A stretch of 36,785 nt of DNA from Cystobasidiomycetes sp. EMM_F5 (lineage: Eukaryota), in assembly GCA_051047955.1 (NCBI GenBank), contig JBPGPT010000025.1, positions 186,001 to 222,785 of the forward strand. The letters run 5' to 3'. The notes under the pieces were generated by a model. That model did not search any database. It saw only the letters and a list, made by a program, of their open reading frames with translations, and was not told the origin of the DNA. Positions 10,136 to 23,476 of the stretch are shown here, piece after piece. How positions within the stretch are numbered: the first letter of the stretch is position 1; each line of letters opens with the position of its first letter. The position numbers and the translations under genes were made by a program.

Positions 10136-13100
10136 ATGACTGCCATCACAAACAGCACGAGCACACCCAACCCCAACAGCCTCCTGCTACGCCCCCTCCC
10201 AGTCTCGCTGCCCAGGGTTGAGTTCTGGAGAGTGGGTACGGCTCCAGCGCCCAGAGAAGTCGGCGAACGGCTCCTCGTCGAGCAGTTTGGGTACAATGGC
10301 AGGGAAGCTGGTGCTGGTGGTGCCGCAGACGTCGATAGTGAGCCCGCAAACGGCGAAGGCGCGCCCAGTGTCCCCGTCGTCGAAGGGCCGTATCGACGCT
10401 TCATACCCCCAGACGCCGAGCAGCTCCACAAGCACGTAGAGTACGACTGCGATCCCGCTGATGCCCTATGGATGGACCACTTCAACGACCAGCGCGCAAA
10501 AACAAAACCCCCAGTCGCGCCCGTTCCCTACGACTACTTTGAGGTAGTCATGGATTCCATCGAAAAGGAGTGGTTTGCACTGCAAGCAAAGATTCCAAGG
10601 CCAGACGACTGGGCGCCAGTGGAAGACTCGCAGTGTGCCGTCTGCGGAGACGGAGAGTGCGAAAACTCCAACGCCATCGTCTTTTGCGATGGATGCAACC
10701 TGGCAGTACATCAGGGTAGGACTATCCTCCTTCGCCGTGCTGCGATATCACACACATTGACCGTTGGCTTCTTCAGACTGCTATGGCGTCCCGTATATCC
10801 CAGAAGGGCAATGGCTATGTCGGAAATGCACAGTCTCTCCAGACAGGCCCGTGTCTTGCGTCCTATGTCCAAACGAATATGGCGCATTCAAGCAGACGAC
10901 CAACGGCAAATGGGCACATCTCCTGTGTGCTATATGGGTCAACGAGACGGGCGTCAACAATACAGTCTACATGGAACCGGTTGACGGGGTAGAAGCCATT
11001 CCGAAAAGTCGTTGGAAACTGCAGTGCTACATTTGCCGAAAGCCAAAGAGTGGTGCATGTATACAATGCTCCAAATCTTCGTGCTACACTGCATACCACG
11101 TTACGTGTGCAAAGGAAGCAGGATGCTACATGAAGATTGGTACTTCGAGCGGGGCGACGCACACAGGGGATGCCGTGAATGTCTCATTCTGCATGAAGCA
11201 CTCTCCCGCGGATCATAATGCCGGCAACAATGGGGCAGAATTTGAGGATGAAGATGCATTTGACGAGTTTGGGACACCCGCGCCAGATCCTCCCAAGAAG
11301 AAGAAGCTCCAGCGATATTCAGATAAGCACCGAAATTCCCTACCCCCAGATTCCGCTAGGATGAGTCTGTCTGGTACGCCTGAAGCACATCTCGTCCAAC
11401 CGCCATCCGCCAATGCAGTCGCTGCTAATACTTCAAGCAAGCAGTCGAGAGCATACAACAAGTCCTTCAGATCCGGACCTCCCGTCATACCTCAATACGT
11501 GTATGACCGTGTATACGAAAGAGTCAAGAACTTGAAGTGCGCACGCTTAAAGTACTTTGTTCGGCAAGTGTGCAGATACTGGAGTCTGAAGAGGGAGACG
11601 AGGAGGGGTGCGCCGCTGCTCAAGCGATTACATTTAGAGGTACGAATCATACGCAACGTTGTGTTTGGTGAACTCACTGCTCAACGCTGATCCTTCTGTC
11701 GACAGCCGTGGACAGCTTCCAGTACATCTCGGGCGGCAACTGACATGGAGAAGGAAAAGAAATTGCAGGTAGGCTGGGGTAGAGACCTGCAGCATATTTT
11801 GATACGATACTAACACACAAAAAGCTCATTCTGTCCCTACGCGCAGATTTGGAAAAGGTCAGAACTCTCACCGAACTTATCCGAAAGCGCGAAAGGGAGA
11901 AGCTTCGCCGAAGTCAGCTGTTCAAATCTATCGTCGATTCTATGGTCTTTCCCCAAACAGCTGTCTTCAAAGCTGCGTTGGCCAGAATACAAAGGTGGGC
12001 ATCACACGATACTAGACTGGAAGGATTGGGCATCATGCTAATGTCGTTCATGCCAGTCTCGACCCCAAGAACCTCTTTCTCTTGCCCGTATCGAAAGCAG
12101 ATGTGCCAGACTATCACGAAGTGGTCAAGCACCCGATGGACTGGACAACTATATCTGAGAAGCTACTTCGGAACGACTACCTGACAGCCTGGGACTTCCA
12201 GACGGATGTCAAGCTCGTCTTCTCGAATGCGCTGTTGTACAACAAGGTTGATACTAATCACGGCAAAGCCGCCCTGAGAGCCCGAGAACTCACAGCGCCC
12301 CTCTTGAAGGAGTTAGTGGCTCTCGATCAGCCTGATTCGCAATTATATCGGATGTTCCGCTCTTCTACGACTTTCATGAATGAGGACGTGGTGCCGAACA
12401 TGTTTAAGCTTTGGTACCCTAGATCCGACACCGCAGTCGTGAGAGATGAAACTGCCAATGGAAACAACAAAGCCCAGCAGACAACATCCGCAACCGTACA
12501 GCTTGGAAAACGCAAGAGGATGGAAGGTGGTAGCGAAAATTCACATGCATCTCGGATGGCAGAAGAGACCCCAACGCCCACTGAGGCATCCTTCAAGACT
12601 ACTACAGACTACATTCTGGAAGCAATTCCGTCCCTGCGTCCACCTGTGATTGCTCATCCGCCAGTCTCTGTCGCGTCCGGTCATCAGAAAGCACAAAAGA
12701 AAGCCGATCGAAGAGCCAGAAATAAAGCCTACAATGATGCGGCAACTATAAAGAAACGTGCTGTGCGCGAAGCAAAACGAGCAGGTATGCCTCAGCACGA
12801 ATTGGCTGCATTGGAATTCATGAGCGTACCCGCTATGGTCGCTGCAGCACAGGCTGCGAAGGCAGCAGCAGCAGCACTACAAATGGACCAGTCCGCTTTG
12901 ATGATGCCCGCCGTTACTGGCGCCGTTCCTGAACCCGCTGATCACGTCTACCCTGTTTTGGTCACGAATGAGCTAGGTCAAACCGTGATAAGCGATGCGC
13001 TGGAGACCAAGCTAGAAAACGTTACGGATGCTGTGGCCACTACAGCCGCGATCGGAACAGCACTGGCTATTGAGGCAGAAGTTCTCGACAGTTTTATAGA

Positions 13101-15810
13101 CATGGAAGAACCGTTCCTAGCGGTGGATGCAGTCATCGAAGCAGAGGTCGAGGCCCAAACGACCCGAGATGCATCACCCACGCGAGAAAGACGTCGAACG
13201 AGAACGAGTTCTCTCGATAGCCGCGTGGCGGCGGAGGGGGCACAGTCTACCGAAATACCGATAATCACAAAGACATTCATTTCGCCGGACGAGCAATCAG
13301 CGCCATCTGTAGAAGAGGTAGAACAGCCCGGGGTGGAGTCATCGATGACTGTGCAAGTCAGCGAGCATGGCTTGCCGATCGAACGCGCAGACGTTAATCC
13401 ATACGACTCCTTTAAAATGTTCGAAACTGGATGGATACTACCAGAAGGCAGCAAACGCGCAAGAAGTGTTACATCACAATCTCATAATTCCGCGCCGAGA
13501 TCTCGGAAGGGTACTGCCAGCGTTTCGCCTATGCTGCCTATGATACCCTTGCCAGACCAAGATAACGACAATGTGAATACGCGACAATCGAAGCTTGGTT
13601 CTATGTCACCCAAACAGGTATTTCGCAGGCAATTACTGGAAAAGGAGCATGCTAGACATACTATAATACCTGAAGCCTCAATGTTATCCGACAGCGATCT
13701 CTCAGACTTGGATGAAGACGATGGCATGCAGGTCGACAAGGAGGAGCAAGGCTCTGCACTCAAATCAACAAGAGCAGACTCTGTTCCCGCAGTCGAAGAG
13801 GACAGGCTTGCGACAGCAGTGGTGATGCCAGTGACATCTGAAGTGGAGGCTGTTTCGGACGTTACGCAAGCCATGCACAGCGTACCGGGGTCATCGCCGC
13901 CGTCGCCATTGTCCGTTCCAGAGGGAAGCGTACCGCAAAATACAGAAGGGACTGCAGAAGTAGCCACTCGATCGCAACGAGCGCAGGAGCCGAAAGCGTT
14001 GGCACGTCGGGACTCGATTACCAGTGTCCTGAGCGACCTGTCCGCTTTGTCCGATACCGGCGACGCTGATGTAGAGGAGGCAGAGTCTAAAACTGACGCG
14101 CTATCCGCTAGAGCCGTGACCCTCAATGTCAGTCCTGTGACAGATACTTCATCGGCTGCCAAAAGCAAGGCAGGCCATCGCAGGAGGGCTTCTTCCAGTA
14201 CACCTCGACACACATTTGCAGTACCGGCTAGAACGCGACATATGCGAGCAGCAGAAGCTGCTTTACTCGAACAACCTCAGCAGACTACATCGCTGCCAGC
14301 CGACCCTACCGTGCATACAGCTGACCCCGACAACGGCCGAAAGCACGAGATGCAACCTGCGGACGCATCACCAATCAAGGAGGAAAGCGTCGCCCAGGTC
14401 GTAGGTGGAACGTCAGGGTCATCACGAAAGACGAAACGCGCAACCATCATCACGCCAGCCCGGACGCGCCAAATGCTTGCTGCAGAGGCAGCCCTACTGG
14501 CTCCGCAGCCAGTAGCGGCAGCTGGAGAAGATGCTGCTCTCACGTCTATTGTACCCGACAATGATATAATTGAACCAGAGAAGGCCCCGGTACCCTTGCC
14601 GAGTGAACAGCCGCCGTTGTCGAACTCGAGGGCCCAGCGGATACCTCTTGCTACGACTGCTCGGACGCGTAATATGCGAGCTGCTGAAGCTGCCCTCCCG
14701 TCCGACAACGCGGAGGTGGAGCCCGCAACTGACACGAACGCTCAGGCAATTCTGCCGGACAAAAATGAACGTGCAGGGCATAGCGTGGTGCCAACAGAGC
14801 CGGAAGTCGCAGTCGCGGATAATTCCGAAATGTTGGACAATGGTGAAGCGGGTGATGAATCGCTTTCAGCACCACGCCCACGCAGTAGACGATCTGCAAG
14901 CCGAGTGCAGGCGTTGCGCGAATCATCATCGACTGCTACTCCTCGCTGCCGATCAAGTACCTCAAGCAAGCCAGAAACGCCCATTGAGACACCGAAACAA
15001 GCCAAGCCTCAGAGCAGCCTCAAGCGCACAGCACGAAAGTCTGAAACATCAGGTCATCACAGGGAAATTAGCACTCCATCTTCCGTACCAAACATCGCTA
15101 CATCAAACGAGCCCGTCTGGGGCAATCCATTCTATCCACGCACAGCGGCAGGCATCAACCTTGCGGCTCTGACCCGCCTCAATGAACAACTTGCTACGTC
15201 AGCATCAACGTTGCTCGTGCGCCAGATGTCGGAACTCGAAGATGGTGATACGGTGTGGGCGAGTGTGGGAAACAACCCTGCGTACCCTGCCGAGATCTGT
15301 ACCGACTATGATGCGCACGAGGTGCCTGACGAGGTGCTCGCTGCGCAACCAAAGGACGAAGATGCGCCTGTTTCGCTGTATGCTCCACTGGGCCTCGTCA
15401 ATACGCCTAATCGGCAACAGACAAACATAAATGGAAGTACTGGAGTTGGGACGCGAAAGGCCAAAGACAAGTCCAAGGCCAAGGCAGAGACCGAGACAGA
15501 GGAGGAAGACGAGGACGTGGACAATGACAATGACCGGAAGTGGGTCTTGGTACAATGGTACCCGCACTACAAGGTAGCCAGCTACTCGTGGGTCCCGCTA
15601 AGCAAGTGCGTAAAATGCGGAGACGATCTCGCGTTTGATGCAATGATGCAGTCATCCTCCATCCTTCCCCGCCAATTCAAACAGAAGTCTCACGGTATCG
15701 CAAAAGCGTACGCTGCTGCCAAACTCGTCATGCAGACTGTCAGCGAGGCGGAAGCTGAGGCGGCCGAAGAGGCAGCGGGCGTGCATGACGACGACGACGA
15801 CGATATGTAG
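10136..15810 (+). CDS. NTO1: NuA3/MOZ-MORF HAT scaffold, Nto1/BRPF-like (EPL1, PHD-Zn knuckle-PHD, bromodomain, PWWP-like)
   Basis: Introns 10716-10776, 11640-11705, 11769-11824, about 11995-12056. VEYDCD..EVVMDSIEKEW (EPL1), [45 protein letters not shown] (PHD), YWSLKRETRRGAPLLKRLHLEPW, VPDYHEVVKHPMDW..NALLYN (bromo), DTVWASVGNNPAYPAEI..YSWV (PWWP). Confidence 0.92.
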
Positions 15811-16100
15811 ATGGCCACCGTGAACTGGCAGACACCTAGACTTTGTGACCAGTGCTGTTGATGTGTTGTTGTTAAGAACAGATTCGAGAGGGCTGAAAAT
15901 GCAATGGCTATTGTCACGATGGCCAGTCTAGAGCGTTAAATGAAGACCCACTGTTGGCGCAGTCTACAACAGGCAGGTTGGATGGATGCTACAAGGTGAT
16001 GTACGAACGCGGAGTGGGCAGACAAAAGACTTGTATGGGTAGAAGATCGAAGGAGGCTATATGGATAGCAAGAGCATATGCGGAGGAGTAGACAGACCAT

Positions 16101-16629
<529 letters not shown>

Positions 16630-17441
16630 GTTGGGTGTGTGTTAGATGAGGGAGTTCAGAGTCTTAATTGAGCGTGGATGGAAGGAAGGAAAGAAAGAAG
16701 CAAATCCCCAGATGTGCAACTATTTGTACTCTTAAAAACAATGATCGTGCATATTATTCGCCACCATACAGGTTCTTGTTGTTGTTTGCCACCAAATGAT
16801 TACAGTAAATACCAGTCGCGTCCAAGGTGGGGAATAAAAAGATGGCTGATGTGGGAGCGAGCAGACGGTATGGGATAGTGTTATGAAGAACAAGACGAGA
16901 CTCAGCTGTTTCCTCGTTTTTCCCGCTTCTTCGTACGGTTTGAAGTGCAGTCCCCGCTTTCTGGCAACAATATGCACTGATTTCCATATTCCATTGAATG
17001 AATGAAGCATTGAATATTCCACTCAGCCCTACTGACACTGATCACTGAATACTGACGCTTGGAGCGAGTCTGGGCGTGCTTTCAGGTCATTTATGGATAC
17101 AAGTGCCTTTTCCAATGCACCTCGTTCACAAAAGCTGACCAGGAGACGGGACAAGCTGGCTGTGTGAATACTCGTTCTTCAGAGTAATTACCAACAGTTA
17201 CATAAAGGTATACGCCAATACTCTTCACTAACATCACACCCCCAAACGCTTTTGAGCTCGGGGTTTTGATCGAGGACTTGGAGAATTCAGCAACGTTGGA
17301 ACCAGACGACGACGAGCAGCGAGGACGGGAGAGACGGCGAGGATATAGGATATAGACGAGGAGGAGAAGGAGGAGAAATACGTATACTACGACAACGACG
17401 AGACTCGTTCAGCAGCTGGCCTGCATTCAAACTACAACGCA

Positions 17442-20400
17442 ATGTCGGCAGAAGCCGCCGTCAACGACCTCCTCAACCAGTACATTGCGACTCAGTCAAA
17501 GGTAGCCCCGACATCGGTAGTCATCACTCTCGGAGCAACCCTGGCAGTGTCCGGGTCAACGTTGCTGCTCTTTAGCATTCTACGCCCGCGAAACAAGGTG
17601 GGTTGGGGGGGCCAGCATGCCGTTTGGATATCCTTCAATGCGCCTATTCTACAAGTTCATATACTCACCCTCGTCTGGTTCATTCACTCGCAGCTCATTT
17701 ACGCTCCAAAGCTCAAGTACTCGACCGAGGAGAAGAGACCCCCAAAGGTTGACGATGGCCTGCTGTCCTGGGTCAGGCCACTCACAGCGACAAAGGAGCC
17801 TCAGATGCTCGTCGAGATGGGAATGGATGCCGTCGTCTTTTTGCGCTTTCTGAGAATGTGAGCAGTTGCGAGGGTCCGGCTGTGAGAGCGCAATTCCTGA
17901 TGCCATAGTCTACAGGTGTCGATACCTGCAAGTGCAGTCATTCACATATCTGCGACTCTTGATTAATCATCCCTGGCTCTGTTGATCAGCTTTGCTTCCA
18001 TCGCCCTGCTGTGCTGCGGCGTCCTAATGTGAGTAGACAACGCTTGTATACTACCTCGGATACATCCAACTCGCATGTCCCATCTCAGGCCAATAAACAT
18101 CGTTTACAATATCCGAAATGTGCCATCCAAGTCGCGCACCTTTCTCAGCATGCTTACAATATCAAATGTAAAGGGGTCATTCTTGTATGCCCATGTAGCT
18201 GTGAGCTTGAGAAAGGGCCAGACGTTGCATTTGACGCAATACTCATCTCACGCCATGCCATACAGATGTCTTATATCATCTGCTTCTTGGCATTCTGGTT
18301 CATCTGGGTAAACTATCGGAGGGTTGTCGAGCTCAAGCACGCATTCTTTCGAAGCGGAGAGTACAACAACAGCTTGCATGCGAGGAGTATCATGGTCAGT
18401 CGTTCTTGAACGCTCTACGAAGGAAAAGAGCATTGACACGAGTCATGTCTCTCACAGATTACCGGAGTCGGACGGCGGAATCAGACAGATGAAGGCCTGC
18501 AGGCCATGTTGTCGGCACTGGGCATCCCGTACCCTACAACAGCCGTCCACATTGGTCGCAGAGTCGGCCACTTGCCAGAACTAGTAGAGGAGCACAACAA
18601 CGCAGTACGAGAGCTCGAGCAAGTCCTGACTACCTACACCAAAGGTGGGAAACTGGCAAGCAAGCGGCCAACGATGAAGATTGGCTCGTTTATGGGATGT
18701 GGGGGCAGAAGAGTCGATACAATAGACCACATGTCGGCTCGCATCAAGCTGTTGGAGGATCGCGTAAACCAAGCAAGAGAGACAATTACCGACAGAAAGA
18801 GTGAACCGTATGGGTTTGCGAGCTTCTCGGCAGTCCCGTACGCTCATGTTGTAGCAAGACGCTTACGGCAAAAGAAGATTAAGGGATCGACCTTTTCTCT
18901 AGCTCCTCTACCGAGCGGTGAGTAGGCCTCATCGGCCACTTTTCCGGGATGCAGTATGGCTGATGAGGAGCTTGCTTACAACAGACATCATATGGCGTAA
19001 TTTAGCAGCCAATAAATCTTCGAACTTCATCAGGCGACTGTTGATCGCCGTCTTTTTGATCTTCTTTTGCGCTCTGTACACCGCTCCGCTGGCGGCCGTG
19101 TCTGCGTTGGCGAATCTGACTGCCATTACTCGTACGTCGTCAACTGACTATGACGAGATGCACAAAATGTAGCGCGCAAGCTAAATACTTTTGAAAATTG
19201 CAGAATACGTTCCTTTCCTGAAAGATTGGCAATCCAAATCGAATTGGTCGTTTTCTGCAGTCGTCGGTCTACTGCCGCCACTTCTTTCGGTCATTCTTCA
19301 GCTGCTCTTACCCGTCATTATGCGTGCTCTCACGCGAAGACAGGGTCTGCTCACTCTCAACCAAGTCAATCGCGCCGTACTCGCTCGCTACTTTACCTTC
19401 CTTATCGTCTCGCAGCTCGTCATATTCTCCTTACTTGGCGTCGTCTACAATGTAATCACGGAATTGGTTATCGAGTTTGGCAAAGGCGGGGAACCGCTTC
19501 GCGTTATTCTCAACGAAGTGCACGCCCTTCCAAGCCGAATCCAGAATACCTACCTCGATCAATCGAGCTACTGGTTGACATGGCTTCCGCTGAGAGCATA
19601 CTCTGCAGTATTTGATCTGGCGCAGATTGTAAATCTCATCTGGGTGTGGGGCAGGACACGTATCTTTGGAAGGACGCCACGCGAAATCCGAGAATGGACA
19701 AAACCGCCAGGCTTTGATTACGCAGTTTATGTGAGTGCACTGACTTTTGAGCGTACGCTGGGTAGTGCTGATTTGTCTTCGATTGTCTCGATTTTACAGG
19801 GCGCAAATAGTCTGCTCATATGTGCAGTCTCGCTCATTTATGCTCCACTAGCTCCTCTCGTGCCGCTCCTGGCTGCAGTGGCTTTCTTTTGCAGCTCAAT
19901 GATCTACAAATATCAGCTGCTTTACGTCTGCATTTCGGAGGTAAGTCGTCGAACGAAGGATATTGGTGACGAATGCTCAATCAGTACCGGTCTGCTAGGT
20001 CGAAAGTGGTGGCCGAATGTGGAGGCCTTACATCAATCGTCTACTGGCTTGCCTCATCTTTCAGCAGTGTGGGTGTAAGCGTCCTCGATGTCCCAGTCGA
20101 AGTCTGATTATTTAGCGTACAGTGATTCTCGTCCTTACAATCGGCCTTCAGGAAGGGTGGTACAGATCCATCAGCTGCTTCCCTCCCGTACTCCTAGTAC
20201 TAGTATTCAAGATTGTCCTCTCAAGAAAGTTCGATGAGCGGTACAATTGGTATCTACCTTCCGATCAAGAGGTTGCAGAAGCTGTCGTCCATCGTAGTGA
20301 TGCAAGGAAGGGTCGACTACATAAAAGATTTGGCAATCCAGCATTAACCGACGATCTGTTTACACCCACAATCCACAAGGAAAGTCAGCATCTGCTGCCG

Positions 20401-21183
20401 CAAATCTACAGAGGGCGCATGGCAGAGGACGATTACATCAACATGTATCAAGGCGACAAGGCTCTCCCGCCCGCAGAAAGTGCTGGCAATATCGTCCAGA
20501 CCGGAGGGATTACCTTCCAGGCAGTCGCACCCGAGAATCTTACCATGTCGCGAGCAGAGTACATTCGAGAGCAGGAAGGCTGGGAAACTGGGTCGGTATC
20601 CACTGCCGTTGCGGATGGTGGACGTCGAACGGATGCCGCTCAGGCCTTGTTTGAGAGCAAGAAGCGCGAATACCTCGCGAGCGGACCATCAAGGCCTTCT
20701 TCACCTGGGGTCTCCGAAGGCTATGCGCGGGGTGACGGACCAGAGTACAGCACAGACAATTTACTCTACAATGCTGCGGGCCGCGGTGCTGGCGGAGTGG
20801 GGATGCACCCCACATACTCACAGGCGAACGAGTATCCGCAGTACTCTGGAAGGCGAGCGAGCGGCATGGACTACGAGGATATCGGAATGCAGTATCCATA
20901 TGCCGCGGCGTCTGGCTACTTTGAGCCGGGTTATTCGCAGTATCCTGACCCGGGATATGGTCGAACGCCGCTGTACCAGCAGGTCAGCGGATTGGGCAGC
21001 GAGCAGCATCTCCCGCCCGGTGCTACATATGCAGACTATGGAGGCGGCAGTCCTGCGCCATCCTACCCTCCAAGCCAGAACAATTCGCCCGTCATGACCA
21101 GAGGGCAGTCATCGCAGGGATTAGTGCAAGGTCATCGTCAACAGCCTAGTAACGGCAGCCAACATGCTTTTGGCAGGTACTGA
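17442..21183 (+). CDS. OSCA/TMEM63/CSC1 (Rsn1-like) calcium-permeable stress-gated channel
   Basis: Multi-exon; LFSILRPRNK-IYAPKLKY, GMDAVVFLRFLRM, YGFASF, LAPLPSDIIWRNL, FGRTPREIREWTKPPGFDYA, YAPLAPLV, YKYQLLYV; Tyr/Gly/Pro-rich cytosolic tail. Confidence 0.92.
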
Positions 21184-21703
21184 AGAGGCGTGGTTGCAGT
21201 AATGTCTAGGCAGTATATGGACACTAACGCGAGTCAGTATAGAACGTCCGCGGACGAATATCCGTCACCGCCTCCCTCTGTAGCTAGGTCGTTGTTCGCC
21301 AATCAGTGTAATTCTGTGAATATATACTGCAGTCCTCTCGACTGTTAAAAGTCCCAGCTTCCGGGGCCGTAAGACATCCAGTTGCCAGCTTCTTCTGGGG
21401 CAAGACATGCCGTTGTAACGGACACGCCACATTCTTCCTGACGGCCAAGTCTCAGAGCCGCAACTTGGAGTTGGTCTAGACGGCAAGCAAGCAGGGAGCT
21501 GCTCAAGACTGAAGCTGGACTGGTCTGGGAACTCGAACAGTGAGCAGAGTGACCTCCTCGCGTCCGGCTGTAATGTCGCGCGCTCATGCTTGTTGTTCGC
21601 AGCATCGTATGCCCGACATTACGAGTACACCGACGACCACAACCAACGAAGTCAGCGACTCGCGTACTGAATATTGTAACTCGCAAGGCTTGAACACGTC
21701 GCC

Positions 21704-23305
21704 ATGTCGTCCCGCGCCGCGTCGCGTGCGGCTACTTCAGTTGGCGAACCTAGCGGAAGCAGCGCGGCAAGCACATCCTCCACGACAATGTCGCCCGTTC
21801 GAGCGAGCGCACTTCGTAAACAGCAGTCCTACTCTGGCCTAGGCGTCGCAGCCAGTAATCATGCAAAAAACTACCCGTCCATTTCCATCGAATCGCCATC
21901 AGACGACGTCTTTGACGACAATTCCGACTACGGGAGCAGCAGTACAAAGCTCAAACAGAGTGCAGTTGTCAGCAATAGACACGATTCACCTTCGCGTGTT
22001 CCTTCTAGGCTGGATAGATCCGCAAAAGCTAGCTTGGGCAGTGGTGCATTTATCGGGTCGGTGAGGGATGACGCGACAGTGCATCCTGCTGGACTCATGG
22101 CATCGCCCCCTCTTCCAAATCACGACTACGCTAGTCATGGGGCTCGAGGAGGCCAAAGTTTACGGTCTCATCGTGCTGGATCGAGCATATCGTACGCATA
22201 CGAAAAGAACGCCCGAGGAAAGAAGAGTAGTTTTGCAGCTGCAGCTTCTGCGTTCGTTCCAGCTGCTCTGTCTGGATTCACGCAGTCCTCTGGGTATCGA
22301 AGATCCAGCTTAGCTGACCGCCGGGCAATGTACGATGGTCTCCAGTCGCGTACGCTCAGCGGCCGTGTTGTTCTCTACCTCCGTCGGCGCAGCGTCTTTG
22401 AACTACTTTCTCGGATCGCGTTCATCGTTGCACTGTGCGTCTTTGTAACAGCGCTCTACGGCTATGGATCGGACGTGGGACCGATGCTACCGTACGGCGT
22501 CTTTGGCAATGCCGACAGGAAGGGACTTTTGTTGAAGCATACGCCAGAGTATGTTGCGATACATGCGGACAACGATGTCTATGGGCGAGTCGAAGGACAG
22601 GCGAAAGACGCTGCGGATAAGTATGCTGCAGCGCGAGACAAATTTGATGAAGAGCAGGAGAGGCCGCAGCAGAAGCAACGGCAGAAGCAGAAGCAGCTTC
22701 AGCTGCAGAAGCAGAGACAGGACCAAGAGCAGCAGCAGAGGTTGGAGCAGCAGCATCGGGACAGCAGGGAGAGGCAAGCTGCGAGGGTGCAGGATGCTGT
22801 GCAGATTGCCAGGCTGGCCAAGGACGATGCAGAGAAGGAGATACAACCACCTGCGGCACGAGTACCGGGGAATCATGCGGATCATGTTGAACAATACGAG
22901 GCTGGCGATGAGCGGGAAGTGGACGACGCCAGCGATGAGGTCGAAGCAAGATCAGGAGAAGCGGAAATCCATGATTCAGGCAGGCAGAGAAGACCAGCCG
23001 CGAAGGCCGACAAGCAAGTGAAGCAGGACGTCGTGCCTGCGAGAGACTCTACCTCTGAAGACCAGCCCAAGCGGAGGGTGATGAAGGCGCCCGTGGGAGC
23101 CAAAGGCAAGGGTGGAGGCGGTAAAGGCTTTGTGAATGCAAAGGAAGAGCAGGAGCGGTCTGATATGGACAACAAGAAGATGCAGGGAGGGTCAGCCGAT
23201 GACGATGCGAGTGCATTTGAGCGCAATCTGGCCATGAAGAATCGCAAAGTTGGGGTAGGAGCGCGGCAGGCAGACGACGGCGAGGCGGGGAGTGAGTTGG
23301 AGTGA
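21704..23305 (+). CDS. Hypothetical single-pass (probably type II) membrane protein with Gln/Lys-rich coiled coil
   Basis: Uninterrupted 533-aa ORF; Ser-rich N-terminus, basic residues then TM IAFIVALCVFVTALYGYG, QQKQRQKQKQLQLQKQ coil, charged C-terminus. Confidence 0.72.
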   Translation: MSSRAASRAATSVGEPSGSSAASTSSTTMSPVRASALRKQQSYSGLGVAASNHAKNYPSISIESPSDDVFDDNSDYGSSSTKLKQSAVVSNRHDSPSRVPSRLDRSAKASLGSGAFIGSVRDDATVHPAGLMASPPLPNHDYASHGARGGQSLRSHRAGSSISYAYEKNARGKKSSFAAAASAFVPAALSGFTQSSGYRRSSLADRRAMYDGLQSRTLSGRVVLYLRRRSVFELLSRIAFIVALCVFVTALYGYGSDVGPMLPYGVFGNADRKGLLLKHTPEYVAIHADNDVYGRVEGQAKDAADKYAAARDKFDEEQERPQQKQRQKQKQLQLQKQRQDQEQQQRLEQQHRDSRERQAARVQDAVQIARLAKDDAEKEIQPPAARVPGNHADHVEQYEAGDEREVDDASDEVEARSGEAEIHDSGRQRRPAAKADKQVKQDVVPARDSTSEDQPKRRVMKAPVGAKGKGGGGKGFVNAKEEQERSDMDNKKMQGGSADDDASAFERNLAMKNRKVGVGARQADDGEAGSELE

Positions 23306-23476
23306 GTGTATCATGTTTTTGTCAGTTGTAGTCAGTCGTCAGTGTATATCTTGATGTTGTCGCGAGTCTTCTCCGCAATCAGTCTGTTTGTTTACCGTCG
23401 CCAGTCAGGCACACGGTTCCCCCGGGTGGGCTCGGCATAAATAAGAGGACTTGTAACTTAATGTTCCTCTCAGTCT

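Noticed and set aside
16970..17060. Clustered ACTGA/TGAAT motifs upstream of H3
   Set aside because: Irregular low-complexity repeats; no supportable ncRNA or histone-promoter element.
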